Assembly (NCBI RefSeq): GCF_000738915.1
Contig: NW_026515637.1
Location: 372,001-436,000 of the forward strand
Direction of reading: 5' to 3'
DNA length: 64,000 nt
Source of the DNA: Nematocida ausubeli
Taxonomy: Eukaryota
Shown here: piece by piece, positions 11,007 through 21,370 of the stretch
How positions within the stretch are numbered: the first letter of the stretch is position 1
Layout of the letters: each line of letters starts with the position of its first letter
Notes under the pieces: model-generated
Database searches by the model: none
What the model saw: only the letters and a program-made list of their open reading frames with translations
Told to the model about the DNA's origin: nothing
Made by a program: the position numbers and the translations under genes

Positions 11007-11603
11007 AGTTAATTTATTTATGAAATTAATTCAATTTATGTGACATAATATTTAATTAAGCAAGTGCATAGTATATATTGGGAGACTAATTGTAGATAGA
11101 CTAATTGTAGTGGGATTGTATGATTAATAGACTAATTACTGTGGAATTATTTGATTATGACAAATTATATTGAGATTACTATAGGATTATTTGATTGATA
11201 GACTAACTAGTGTGAGATTATTTGATTATATTGGGATTACGTGAGATTATTTGATTTATAGACTAATTATAGTGCAATTTAGTCAGTAGATGTATATGAC
11301 AGTGTGAAATAGTGTGAAATATGTCAAAAAACTATTAAAAACCACTTTTAACCAGATAAAACAATGTAAACCCGAATATAACCCGAATTCATTTGAACCC
11401 ATTTGAGCCTGAATATAACCGTATAAATATCTGAAATAACAAAATATAACCGTATAAAATCTACTTTTTACCATATAAATCTACTATTAACAATATAAAA
11501 CCCATTAAAAACCTGAATTTAAAAACTTTTAACAACATAAAAATCAAATATAACCGTTAAAAACCCAAATATTACCCATATATCCCATTATCTACCTATC
11601 TAT

Positions 11604-12404
11604 CTACCCAGCATATGCCTTCCCCTTTGGTATCCTGGCAGAATACGCAGATATAACTGCCACTAACACAGAAACTGCCTTCCCTAGTGATAATAAATCA
11701 ATCAGAACCTGATATTTCCGTAATAAATTCACCTCCATCAATATCATCCCCATCTTATACATCAGATCCAATATACTCCCTACTAATATCATATGGCATA
11801 TACGCATACTCCATATACTAATATTATTATACATATAATTAGACACATTATCACGTCCAACATATCCCCGTATAATTATACCCGTTAATACACTGAATAT
11901 AATTATACCACATGATAATATACTACTAAGCATATACAATATAACCCAACCATATGTACCCTTAAATATAACCATCATGCAGCACATGCATATCCCTTGT
12001 ATTATACTAATTATACCACAGCATATACCCCAGGGTCTTAATACTTCTGTGCATTTCATTTGCAAAGATATCACACTCAATGATAATAGACTAATACCCT
12101 TCATAAATATATCTATTAATATCTCCATTACTAACAGATTATTATACGATGGTCCCATGGGGTACATGAATATTCTGTATACCCCACTGTAACTGCCTAT
12201 TAAGCAGCCTAATGACCACATTGTATACAGGGATGTAAGCATAACTGTAACTGATATATTAATTGTATCTAATATATCCAGTCTAACTGGCTTTATAGTG
12301 ATTCTTTCATGTGCTGTGTATCTTATGAATATAATTGGCATAGTTAAGGCACTAAGCATATTCAACAGGAATATGAAAGGGGTTACCTCTATTGACATAT
12401 CCAT
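11604..12404 (-). CDS. Hypothetical multi-pass membrane protein (266 aa)
   Basis: About 6-7 hydrophobic segments; no family recognised. Confidence 0.65.
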   Translation of the reverse strand: MDMSIEVTPFIFLLNMLSALTMPIIFIRYTAHERITIKPVRLDILDTINISVTVMLTSLYTMWSLGCLIGSYSGVYRIFMYPMGPSYNNLLVMEILIDIFMKGISLLSLSVISLQMKCTEVLRPWGICCGIISIIQGICMCCMMVIFKGTYGWVILYMLSSILSCGIIIFSVLTGIIIRGYVGRDNVSNYMYNNISIWSMRICHMILVGSILDLMYKMGMILMEVNLLRKYQVLIDLLSLGKAVSVLVAVISAYSARIPKGKAYAG

Positions 12405-12452
12405 GAGAGTGTAATTGCCATAAATATGTTATTGTTTTAGGGTGCGACAAAG

Positions 12453-13388
12453 TCACAGGGTGGCCAGTCTTAAAACACGCCATGACTTAAGGAAGGCATG
12501 AGAAGAGAGACAGAAATTAATGAATGCATCCTCACAGGGAAGTGAAATATCAGATGAATGTGAGGGAAGTGAAATATCAGATGGTTGTGATGAGATGGCT
12601 GTCATATCTGATAGGTAGGCAGATATGTTAGTAGTATTTAGTGGGTTATTGTGTATATTAGGGTTATTGTGTATATTAGGGTTATTAGTAGTGTTTTCTG
12701 TTGTATTTAGTGTGTTCTCTGGTGTATTTAGTGTATTACTACTAGTTTCTGTTGTATTTGGTGTGTTTGGTCTACTAATTGTTTCATTAGTACTAGTTCC
12801 TGTTGTATTTAGTGTATCCTCTGTTGTATTTAGTCTACTACCCTCACTCTCTGTTGTATTATTATTATTTAGTGTATCCTCTGTTATAGTTAGTGTACTA
12901 TCCTTATTTCTTGTTATATTTAGTCTATTCTTAAGGTCTGTTATACTTAGTCTATTAGTATCCTCTGTTGTACTTGGTGTGTCTATGGGGCTATCTATTG
13001 TATTTAGTCTACTAGTACTATCCTCTGTTGTATTTAGTGTATTATTTGTTTCACTAGTATCCTCTGTTGTACTTAGTCTACTGCCTAGTATATTATTAGT
13101 ATCCTCTGTTGTATTTAGTCTACTACTCTCAATTTCTGTTGTATTTAGTCTACTCTCTTCATTTGTTATTAATATGCACTTGTATATCCACTTGGCAAAG
13201 TATATCTTACTATTCTTGCAGGATAGGATTAATTCGTATAATCCTTCTGGTGACTTATCTGATAATGATTTCATAAGGATATCTACTATCTTTGATGGGT
13301 TACCAATTGGGAATAGATCCTTAAAGAAGGTCTCCATGGTGTCTTGTGTTACTTCTGTGCCAATTTCCTTTTTAATTGCTGCCAGCAT
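12453..13388 (-). CDS. Hypothetical protein with internal (R)LNTTE/NNPN repeat tract
   Basis: Globular-looking N- and C-termini flank a Thr/Asn-rich repeat (12630-13155); ATG at 13388 follows a T-run. Confidence 0.6.
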   Translation of the reverse strand: MLAAIKKEIGTEVTQDTMETFFKDLFPIGNPSKIVDILMKSLSDKSPEGLYELILSCKNSKIYFAKWIYKCILITNEESRLNTTEIESSRLNTTEDTNNILGSRLSTTEDTSETNNTLNTTEDSTSRLNTIDSPIDTPSTTEDTNRLSITDLKNRLNITRNKDSTLTITEDTLNNNNTTESEGSRLNTTEDTLNTTGTSTNETISRPNTPNTTETSSNTLNTPENTLNTTENTTNNPNIHNNPNIHNNPLNTTNISAYLSDMTAISSQPSDISLPSHSSDISLPCEDAFINFCLSSHAFLKSWRVLRLATL

Positions 13389-13459
13389 AAACAAAAGAAA
13401 ATAATTAGGGTATATATACGGGGATATATGGGCTGTTGTATTTGTGACTAATTATACCC

Positions 13460-13770
13460 GGTGAAGTGGATTAAGTTTTGTACTATGTGGATTAAGTTTT
13501 GTACTATGTGGATTAAGTTTTGTCTGAGTGGAAATAGTCTTGCACTATGTGCCATAAGTCCTGTAAGAGTGGAAATAGTCTTGAAACTTCGTAATAAGTC
13601 CTGAAAAAATGGATTAAGTCTTGAAAAAGTGGAAATAGTCTTATACTATGTGTAATAAGTCCTGTAAGAGTGGAAATAGTCTTGTACTATGTGTATTAAG
13701 TCCTGAAAGTGTGTAATAAGTTCTGAAAATGTGGCATAAGTTCTGAAAATGTGGAAATAGTCTTGTCACA
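13460..13770. repeat. Family A minisatellite array (~15 degenerate 20-21 bp units, core GTGGATTAAGTCTTG / GTGGAAATAGTCTTG)
   Basis: Consecutive units, e.g. gtggattaagttttgtactat x2, gtggaaatagtcttgcactat, gtgtaataagtcctgtaaga. Confidence 0.9.
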
Positions 13771-13959
13771 ACAAAACCCAGATATAATCATGATATCCCT
13801 GAAAACAGTAACTTTATTTTTTAAAATAAATCAAGTATTTAAGAAAATTAATTTTTAAATCTATAAATATTCAAAGGCATCACTCAAGAGAAAACCATAA
13901 ACAAGAAAGTCATAAATTTAAATACCTTCAAATTAGCACTATTAGGGTTATATATGTAT

Positions 13960-14325
13960 ATATTAGTATGGAATACACCAATGCCCACTAATATACGCAT
14001 ATATAAGCTAATATACACTAATAATAACATATTCCTACTAATAACCCACTAATATACACCAATGCCCATATATATTACACTAATATACGTATATATACAC
14101 TAATAATAACATATTCTCACTAATATACGCTAATAACTCACTAATAACTGAATATAATTGTAGATTCCCACTAATATATACCAATATCCATATATTCCCA
14201 CTAATACACACTAATCACTTACTACCCTTCTATAATCCCTTACTACCCTACTATATCCCACTAATATATATAAAATATATACGTATATCCCCACTAATAT
14301 ATATACAATATATATTGTATATATT
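13960..14325. repeat. Family D low-complexity array (CACTAATATA, ~10-bp period)
   Basis: Many cactaatata/cactaataa copies; the same family occurs at 15590-15800, 16450-16720 and 23940-24030, and inverted at 16165-16430. Confidence 0.8.
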
Positions 14326-14334
14326 ATTTTGTTT

Positions 14335-15333
14335 ATGACATTATTACGTGAGTGTGAGGGTATTGTGTGTGAGGAATATAGGAAATATCAAGTAAAGACG
14401 AGTATACATCACTGGCAACTAAGGGATATGATATCTAGTACAAATGATCAGAATGAGATATTATATGTATATGGTAATTCAATCAATATATTACATACTA
14501 AGTCACAGAAGATACATTCTGTCACCAGGAATATGCAGTTTAATCCTACTGCTGTGTGTTATAATAATAATATAATAGCAGCAGGTGGTCAAAGGAGTCA
14601 GTTGTACATTAAGAATATGCAGACAGGCACAGATAAGAAAGTATCCACTGGGGGATCAATAAATAATGGTCTAGAGATATTCTGTAATTATGGTGATACA
14701 AGAGTACTTGTATGCAATAATGATGAGACAATCAAGGAATATTCCATAGATACCATGCGTAGGTGCTCAATTATCTCACATGATGCACCTGTTAATAACT
14801 GTGCTGTAAGTGATAATGGTAAGATACTGGCTACAGTAGGTGACTCCAATGAGATATCCATATATTCCATAGGAAGAGAGAAGTATCCCCTTATTAGTAA
14901 GGTTAAGACCATGAATGATGCTTCATTCCAAGTATCATGGAGTCCATCTGATACATATCTGGCTGCCAGTACGCAGGATGGGTATGTTTGTGTATATGAT
15001 ATAAGGAATATGAAGGATAAGATAGAGACAATTAGGTCAGTACAAGGACCCTTAGTGAAAGGGGCATGCAGGAATGTCAAGTTCTGTCCTGATAGTGCCA
15101 TGGACTTATTAGTATTCACTGAGCACGTATCACACTTTACTGTAGTGGATGTACGTGATTTCAGCAAGAGACAGAGTATCACTGTGACTGGTACCACAGG
15201 GGACAAGCACATATCAGGTATGGCATTCGGGGAGAATGGGAGTAAGCTGTATATTGGTACAGAGATGGTCATATACGAATTTGGCATGAATATATTCAGC
15301 AGAAGACTGTTCCAGACTGGGGGAGTAAACTAG
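14335..15333 (+). CDS. WD40-repeat protein, DUF2415 / Gid11 (Ylr149c)-like
   Basis: N-terminal 'SIHHWQLRDMI', WD repeats ('VNNCAVSDNGKILATVGDS', 'LAASTQDGYVCVYDIR') and 'GACRNVKF..DLLVFTEHVSHFTVVDVRDF' typical of DUF2415. Confidence 0.75.
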   Translation: MTLLRECEGIVCEEYRKYQVKTSIHHWQLRDMISSTNDQNEILYVYGNSINILHTKSQKIHSVTRNMQFNPTAVCYNNNIIAAGGQRSQLYIKNMQTGTDKKVSTGGSINNGLEIFCNYGDTRVLVCNNDETIKEYSIDTMRRCSIISHDAPVNNCAVSDNGKILATVGDSNEISIYSIGREKYPLISKVKTMNDASFQVSWSPSDTYLAASTQDGYVCVYDIRNMKDKIETIRSVQGPLVKGACRNVKFCPDSAMDLLVFTEHVSHFTVVDVRDFSKRQSITVTGTTGDKHISGMAFGENGSKLYIGTEMVIYEFGMNIFSRRLFQTGGVN

Positions 15334-15833
15334 AATTAGTAGGTATTAGATATTCAGGTGTGGTAGTAGATATATACTGTTAAATACGTTATAAATGGTT
15401 AAAATGGTTATTAGTAGATTAAAAGCTGTTATATGCGGGTATTAGTAGTATATTGGTGATAGATATGGTTTAAAATACGTTATAAATGGTTGTTAGTGAG
15501 TTATAAATGGTTGTTAGTTGGTTAAAATATGTTATAAATCATTATAAATGGCTAAAACCTATCATTAGTAAGGTGTATACGTATATATCCATTAATAACC
15601 CACAATATATTCACTAATACACGTATATACCCACTAAATACACACTAATATATTCACTAATATATACACTAGACTAATATACACTAATATACGTATATAC
15701 TCACTAAATACCACTAATATATTCACTAATATATACACTAGACTAATATACACTAATATACGTATATACTCACTAAATACCACTAATATACCCAATAATA
15801 CACGTATATTCCCGGGTATTCAAAAACTTTTTA

Positions 15834-16166
15834 ATGAAAGAACCAAGTGAACTAGAAGAGAAGAGAAGGACAGAAGGACAGAAACCAACAGAAGGATCTG
15901 CTGTCATACAAATGCAATCAGAAGCAGTTGAACAATTAAAAGGTATCACAGTCAGGAAGTATATACCAAGTAATATAGTCATAACTACAGTGGGTGGCAG
16001 TAAAATGAAACTAAAAGGATGGTCCACAGAGACAAAACCAAATATAACAGCAGAACCAGTCAAGCAAATGCATACATGCAATATATGTAAGAAATCATTC
16101 ATAGATAAAAGGAGACTAGCCATACACATGAATATGCATGAGAAGAAGGTAGTAGGAGTGGTCTAG
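15834..16166 (+). CDS. Small C2H2 zinc-finger protein
   Basis: 'HTCNICKKSFIDKRRLAIHMNMH' is a canonical C-x2-C-x3-F-x5-L-x2-H-x3-H finger. Confidence 0.85.
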   Translation: MKEPSELEEKRRTEGQKPTEGSAVIQMQSEAVEQLKGITVRKYIPSNIVITTVGGSKMKLKGWSTETKPNITAEPVKQMHTCNICKKSFIDKRRLAIHMNMHEKKVVGVV

Positions 16167-16430
16167 TGTATATATATTAGTGGATATACGTATATTAGTG
16201 GATATTAGTCTAGTGTATATGTGTATATATATTAGTGGTATTTAGTAAGTATTAGTCTAGTGTATATACGTATATATGTATGTATATTAGCAGTATTTAG
16301 TGAGTATTAGTAGGAATATGTGACTAATATATGTGTATATTAGTCTAGTCTAGTCTAGGTATATGTGTATATATATGTATATGTGTATATTAGTGGATAT
16401 TAGTCTAGTGTATATGTGTTATATGTGTAT
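16165..16430. repeat. Family D array in inverted orientation (TATATTAGTG)
   Basis: Repeated tatattagtg/ttagtctagtg, the reverse complement of the arrays at 15590-15800 and 16450-16720. Confidence 0.75.
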
Positions 16431-16762
16431 ACTTCTTTCTAGCAGGATAATACTATTATACCACTAATATACGTATATAATACACTAATATACTACTAAT
16501 ATACACCATAATCTACCAATATGCACTAATATACACTAGTATCTGTATATACTACTAATAAAACACTAATCTACTACATATATAACCAAGTTTACCACTA
16601 ATACCATACAATACACCATATTTCTACCATATAAATCACTAATAACCGTATTTCTACCATACAATACACTAATCTACCACAATCTACTTCTAATACCCAT
16701 ATTCCCACATATATACACTAATATACAATAATATCCATATAACCAGAATAAATTTAATATCC

Positions 16763-17044
16763 ATGCGAGTGACAGCACGTGGTATAGTAATAGACTGTGA
16801 GGTAAAGACTAAGTGTAAGATATTCTCTGTGGAATGGACTAATAATACATTATATATGTCACTTAATTCCATGGCAGTTGAAAATAAGGCTAATAAAGAG
16901 GTAATTGAATCAGTTCATGAGATATTCAAAGTACCAAAGGTACAAATATCCATAATAGCAGGACATAAATCCAAAATAAAAGCAGTTCTGGTTGAAAATA
17001 TAACAGAAGATGCAGCCAGGCATATTTTATCACAAATAAATTGA
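16763..17044 (+). CDS. DUF167 / UPF0235 (YggU-like) protein
   Basis: 'AVENKANKEVIESVHEIFKVPKVQISIIAGHKSKIKAVLV' matches the DUF167 pattern (P..GKAN..L...L......I..G..SR.K). Confidence 0.85.
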   Translation: MRVTARGIVIDCEVKTKCKIFSVEWTNNTLYMSLNSMAVENKANKEVIESVHEIFKVPKVQISIIAGHKSKIKAVLVENITEDAARHILSQIN

Positions 17045-17424
17045 AAGAAATAAAAGCATACACACGATAATATATTATAATAATGGTAAAATTAAAAAGA
17101 TACGGGTTATAAATAATAATATGATAATAATAATAGAGTGATAATAGGGTGATAATGTGTAAGGGAGGAGTATTTGGTATATGTTTAGGATATATTTAGT
17201 ATATTTCGGGTTAGGAAGGGATATATTAGTGTATAATAGTGTATAATCTGATAAAAACGTATAAAATAGTGTAAAAACCGTTATAATTTGATAAACTAGT
17301 ATATATCAGTGTAAACTTATATAAAAATACTTATAAACTGATAAAACCCGAACTGTATATAATAGTCATATACCCAATATAACCCGAATATACCCATATA
17401 ATAACCATATATAGTACAAATATT

Positions 17425-17545
17425 TCTCCAATGCCCCCCCCCTTAGAACTTACTAAATATCTCACATAAAATATAAATATCTCCAATGGTCCCCCCTTAC
17501 AACTATATTAAATTTTAAACTTCCAATACTCCCCCCTTACATCCC
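17425..17545 (+). promoter_or_regulatory. Triplicated CAAT-n-CCCCCCTTA motif upstream of RCM1/NSUN5
   Basis: Copies at ~17429, ~17484 and ~17524; the same motif lies upstream of RPN6 and, on the minus strand, of V-ATPase a. Function inferred only. Confidence 0.45.
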
Positions 17546-17623
17546 ACTAAATATCCCTCTAAATATCCCACTATACTATATACCCATATACCATAGTATA
17601 TACGGTGCCAATTAAATTTTTTC

Positions 17624-18730
17624 ATGGAAACAAAAAAGTTCTACGAGAGATGCAGCAGAATGCTTCGTGACATAAAAGAGAAAAGAACAGGAATTAAGAC
17701 AGCATGCTACAAAACAGAAATGCCAAAGAAGTACATGGCAGTATTAAGCAGTATCCTCAGGAAATATGACACTCTCTTAAGGGTAGTTAATGCACTCCCA
17801 CAAGAAATCAGAAGTAAATGGCATGCAGTAGTAATATGCTATGAGATACTATACGGGAATAAGAGGGAATCAACACAATTCAACAAGAAATTAATATCAC
17901 AAGTAAAGGATACTTATAATTCACTAGGAATAATAGAAAGAAATACACCAAAAGACACTACACCACAGTATATACGTATAAATACACTAAAAGCAACAGA
18001 AACTGTAATATCATCATTATCTACAGAAGTAACCTGTATACCACACGTATATAAGTCATTAGAGAGAGTAAATTGGAGTAAATTAGTCAGTTTTCAACAG
18101 GGATTATTCTTTATACAGGATCTATCCAGTTGTATGCCTGCTTATGTATTAAATCCACCCAGTAATACTGTAGTATTAGATGCCTGTGCTGCACCAGGTA
18201 ATAAAACCACACATTTAGCCATGATATCACCCAGTAGTACAGTATATGCCATAGAAAAGGATATAGACAGATATACCATACTAAGGGAGATGGTTGAGAA
18301 GTCAGGGGCTGAGAATATTGTGACAATACATGGGGACTTCCTGGGGATATCACATGGGACATTACCTGGTGTAGAATATATTCTAGTGGATCCATCATGC
18401 AGTGGGTCTGGCATGCACCCGGGTGAAGAGAAGGAGATGGAGAGACTGAAGGGTCTTTGTGCATTTCAGGTTAAGGCACTGAGTATGGCACTGGGTTACC
18501 CTGATGTAAAGAGAGTGGTATATTCCACTTGCTCAATATACGAGGAAGAGAATGAAGCCGTGGTAGATGAGGTACTTAAGGCACACCCTGGGTTCATGGT
18601 GGAAAGAGCCCTGCCAGAGTGGCCTGGAAGGGGTGTGCCCGGATACGCATTCTCCGGGGATGTCGTAAGGTGCGGGCAGGAGACAGAGACGAAAGGATTC
18701 TTCCTGGCGAGCATAGTCAGAAGGAAGTGA
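17624..18730 (+). CDS. RCM1: rRNA cytosine-C5 methyltransferase, Rcm1/NSUN5 family
   Basis: 'YIRINTLK', 'IQDLSSCMPA', 'VLDACAAPGNKTTHLA', 'ILVDPSCSGSGM', 'VVYSTCSIYEEENEAVV', 'GFFLA'. Confidence 0.9.
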   Translation: METKKFYERCSRMLRDIKEKRTGIKTACYKTEMPKKYMAVLSSILRKYDTLLRVVNALPQEIRSKWHAVVICYEILYGNKRESTQFNKKLISQVKDTYNSLGIIERNTPKDTTPQYIRINTLKATETVISSLSTEVTCIPHVYKSLERVNWSKLVSFQQGLFFIQDLSSCMPAYVLNPPSNTVVLDACAAPGNKTTHLAMISPSSTVYAIEKDIDRYTILREMVEKSGAENIVTIHGDFLGISHGTLPGVEYILVDPSCSGSGMHPGEEKEMERLKGLCAFQVKALSMALGYPDVKRVVYSTCSIYEEENEAVVDEVLKAHPGFMVERALPEWPGRGVPGYAFSGDVVRCGQETETKGFFLASIVRRK

Positions 18731-19174
18731 TATAGATATAGTGGGGAATGGGAGATAACGGATGTTTTGATTATATTTTATTATAATTTATAACGGATAT
18801 AACGAAGGTTTTGATTATATTCGGGTTATAATTTATTATAATTTATAACGGATATATACTATTACTATCTTAAATGTGGCTATATAACGGGTTTATAAGG
18901 TTATATTTTGATTTTACTATCTTAAAGTGGTTATATAACGGCTATTTTGATTTTATACCCAATATTACACTATCATTACACTGTTATAAACAATATTACA
19001 CTATTACGAATAACCCGAGTATATCTATGACTAATTAGTCATACTGCATATAATATATCCTAGTATATCCTACAGTCAACAAGAATTAACCCAAATTATT
19101 ATACAAATAAATATAATTAGATTACTACATAATACTACCTCCCTACAGACTAATATATAGTGAAATAATAGACT

Positions 19175-19280
19175 CTCCAATGGCACCCCCTTAGAACTAT
19201 ATAATATAAAATATAAATATACAATACTCCCCCCTTACGCCCACTTCATAAAATATAAATACAATACCCCCCCCTTACAC
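19175..19280 (+). promoter_or_regulatory. Triplicated CAAT-n-CCCCC(C)TTA motif upstream of RPN6
   Basis: Copies at ~19178, ~19222 and ~19262. Confidence 0.45.
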
Positions 19281-19383
19281 CCTTCCCTATATCCTTACAC
19301 TTCACTATATACTCTTCTCTAATATCCACATATATTTACTATATATCCGAGTATAATATAAATATTCTTCTTTTTTTATTTAT

Positions 19384-20544
19384 ATGGACATAGCAGCACT
19401 AGAAGACAAACTAACAAGCACTCATGCCCTAGAGATATTCTCAACTGAATTATCCAAGTCAATCTCACAAGGAGACACAAATAGAACAGATCTCCTGATA
19501 GACACAGCATCAAACACAAAGAATCTTTCTAAGCCTTCAATTGCCATCTTACTAAAGTCATCTTTAGATGCCCTGGAGAAGCAACAAATAAACCCAAAGG
19601 AAAGAATAAGAATATACAACAGACTAATAGACTGGGCACAAAATAATAAAAGGACCCTCCTTAAGATAGACTTTGATATCAGAAAGATAGAAGGATTATT
19701 ACAATTAAGGGAATATACAGCAGCATTAGACTTAATACAACAGACAGTTAAATTACTTAAAAGAGCAGATGATAAGATAGGATTAGTTAAGTTATTCTAT
19801 CTAGAGAGTAAAGTATATTATGCATTACATAATATATCTAGGGCTAAGTCAGCCTTAACACTCTCTAAGTCTACTGCCACCTTAGTCTACTGTCCTTCTT
19901 ATATGCAGGCTAAAATAGACTTATTATCTGGTGTATATGCAGCAGATGAAGGGGAATATGGGATTAGTGCAGGATACTTAGTAGAGGCAATGGATGGATT
20001 TATTTTATCACGGGATTACAGTATGGGACTAATTTGTTATAGATATTTATTACTTGTTAAGGTGATGGATGGTAGGTCAGGTGAGATTAATAGTATAATT
20101 GTTAATAAGGGTAGTGTATTTGAAGATAAGGATCCTGTTGTAGATATGCTTTGTAGGATTAGTACGTGCGTTGTAAACAGAGATCTTCAAGGTTGTCAGA
20201 AGATAGTTGATTCTGGGTCTAATCTATTGGGTTCTGATGGGTTCCTGATGGAGCACCTTAGGGCCCTTTGTAATTCCTTGATTGATGCGAATATTCTGAA
20301 GATAATTGAGCCATATTCTAATATAAGCATAGGCCACATAGCAGAAGTATTGGGCTTTGGGGTGGATGTGATTGAGGACCGAGTCAGGCGCATGATCCTG
20401 GATGAAAAGATCCGTGGGGATATTGATCAGGAGACTATGTGCATAAATATACAGAAGGCACAGGATGGGAATAATTACAGGAAGGAGGCACAAGATATAC
20501 TGGGCGTACTATCAGAGACAATTGATACCATATTAGGGAAGTAG
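19384..20544 (+). CDS. RPN6: 26S proteasome lid subunit Rpn6 (PCI domain)
   Basis: 'LLKRADDKIGLVKLFYLESKVYYALHNISRAKSALT', 'QAKIDLLSG', and PCI 'NILKIIEPYSNISIGHIAE...RMILDEKIRGDIDQ'. Confidence 0.92.
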   Translation: MDIAALEDKLTSTHALEIFSTELSKSISQGDTNRTDLLIDTASNTKNLSKPSIAILLKSSLDALEKQQINPKERIRIYNRLIDWAQNNKRTLLKIDFDIRKIEGLLQLREYTAALDLIQQTVKLLKRADDKIGLVKLFYLESKVYYALHNISRAKSALTLSKSTATLVYCPSYMQAKIDLLSGVYAADEGEYGISAGYLVEAMDGFILSRDYSMGLICYRYLLLVKVMDGRSGEINSIIVNKGSVFEDKDPVVDMLCRISTCVVNRDLQGCQKIVDSGSNLLGSDGFLMEHLRALCNSLIDANILKIIEPYSNISIGHIAEVLGFGVDVIEDRVRRMILDEKIRGDIDQETMCINIQKAQDGNNYRKEAQDILGVLSETIDTILGK

Positions 20545-20559
20545 GTCTATCTATAGTAG

Positions 20560-20895
20560 GTATCATAAGTTATGGTGGAGTGGATTAAGTCTTGGTGAAA
20601 TGGATTAATTCTTGAAGATATGGATTAAGTTGTGTACTAGGTGTCATAAGTTATGACAAAGTGGATTAAGTCATGAAAACGTGGATTAAGTCTTGGTGAA
20701 GTGGATTAAGTTGTGTACTAGATGGAAATAGTCTTGAAAATATGGATTAAGTCTTGGTGAAGTGGATTAAGTCTTGAAGATGTGGATTAATTCTTGAAAA
20801 TATGGAAATAGTCTTGTAATTATGGATTAAGTCTTGAAAATATGGAAATAGTCTTGTCATTATGGAAATAGTTTTGTACTAGGTGCCATAAACCT
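20560..20895 (+). repeat. Family A minisatellite array, direct orientation (~16 units)
   Basis: gtggattaagtcttggtgaa / atggaaatagtcttg units with 20-21 bp period. Confidence 0.9.
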
Positions 20896-21039
20896 TGCAT
20901 AGTATATACTGTGCATACAATAAATACAGATGTTTAAAGTTATTTTATATACTATATGATTTATATACGGGCTGTTATAATTAGTCAGCCCCTGTTGTAT
21001 TTGTGACTAATTATACCTTGGGTTATTCAGGACTATTTT

Positions 21040-21190
21040 TACTTTGTCAGGACTTAATACACTCTTACAGGACTTATGGCCTAAGTGGCAAGACTTAATC
21101 CACTTTTATACAACTTATGCCACAATTGCAGAACTTAATCCACTTTAACATAACATATGACACTTAGTACAAGACTTAATCCACAAATAA
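21040..21190 (-). repeat. Family A array, inverted orientation (~7 units)
   Basis: caagacttaatccac units, the reverse complement of gtggattaagtcttg. Confidence 0.85.
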
Positions 21191-21370
21191 CCCGAAATTA
21201 TTATATCCATGCACAGTATAACTTGGCTTTAAAATAAAAAATATTTAAATTATTATATAACCCAAAAAAACATTAAAAAACATAAAAAATAACGACATTT
21301 AACAATATACAAATAGACTAAAACCCTTTTATTACAGTATATACTATACACTACTATATACCCCGTTATA

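Noticed and set aside
12625..13404. 259-aa hydrophobic plus-strand ORF
   Set aside because: Antisense shadow of the LNTTE repeat gene; the V/S/L/F bias is what the reverse complement of the repeat produces.
13460..13770. CRISPR array interpretation of family A arrays
   Set aside because: Units are degenerate and contiguous with only 5-6 variable bases; there are no unique 25-45 bp spacers, no cas genes, and the context is eukaryotic.
17433..17445. C-runs/CCCCTTA as telomeric repeats
   Set aside because: Isolated copies rather than tandem TTAGGG/TTAGG arrays; better treated as an upstream motif.
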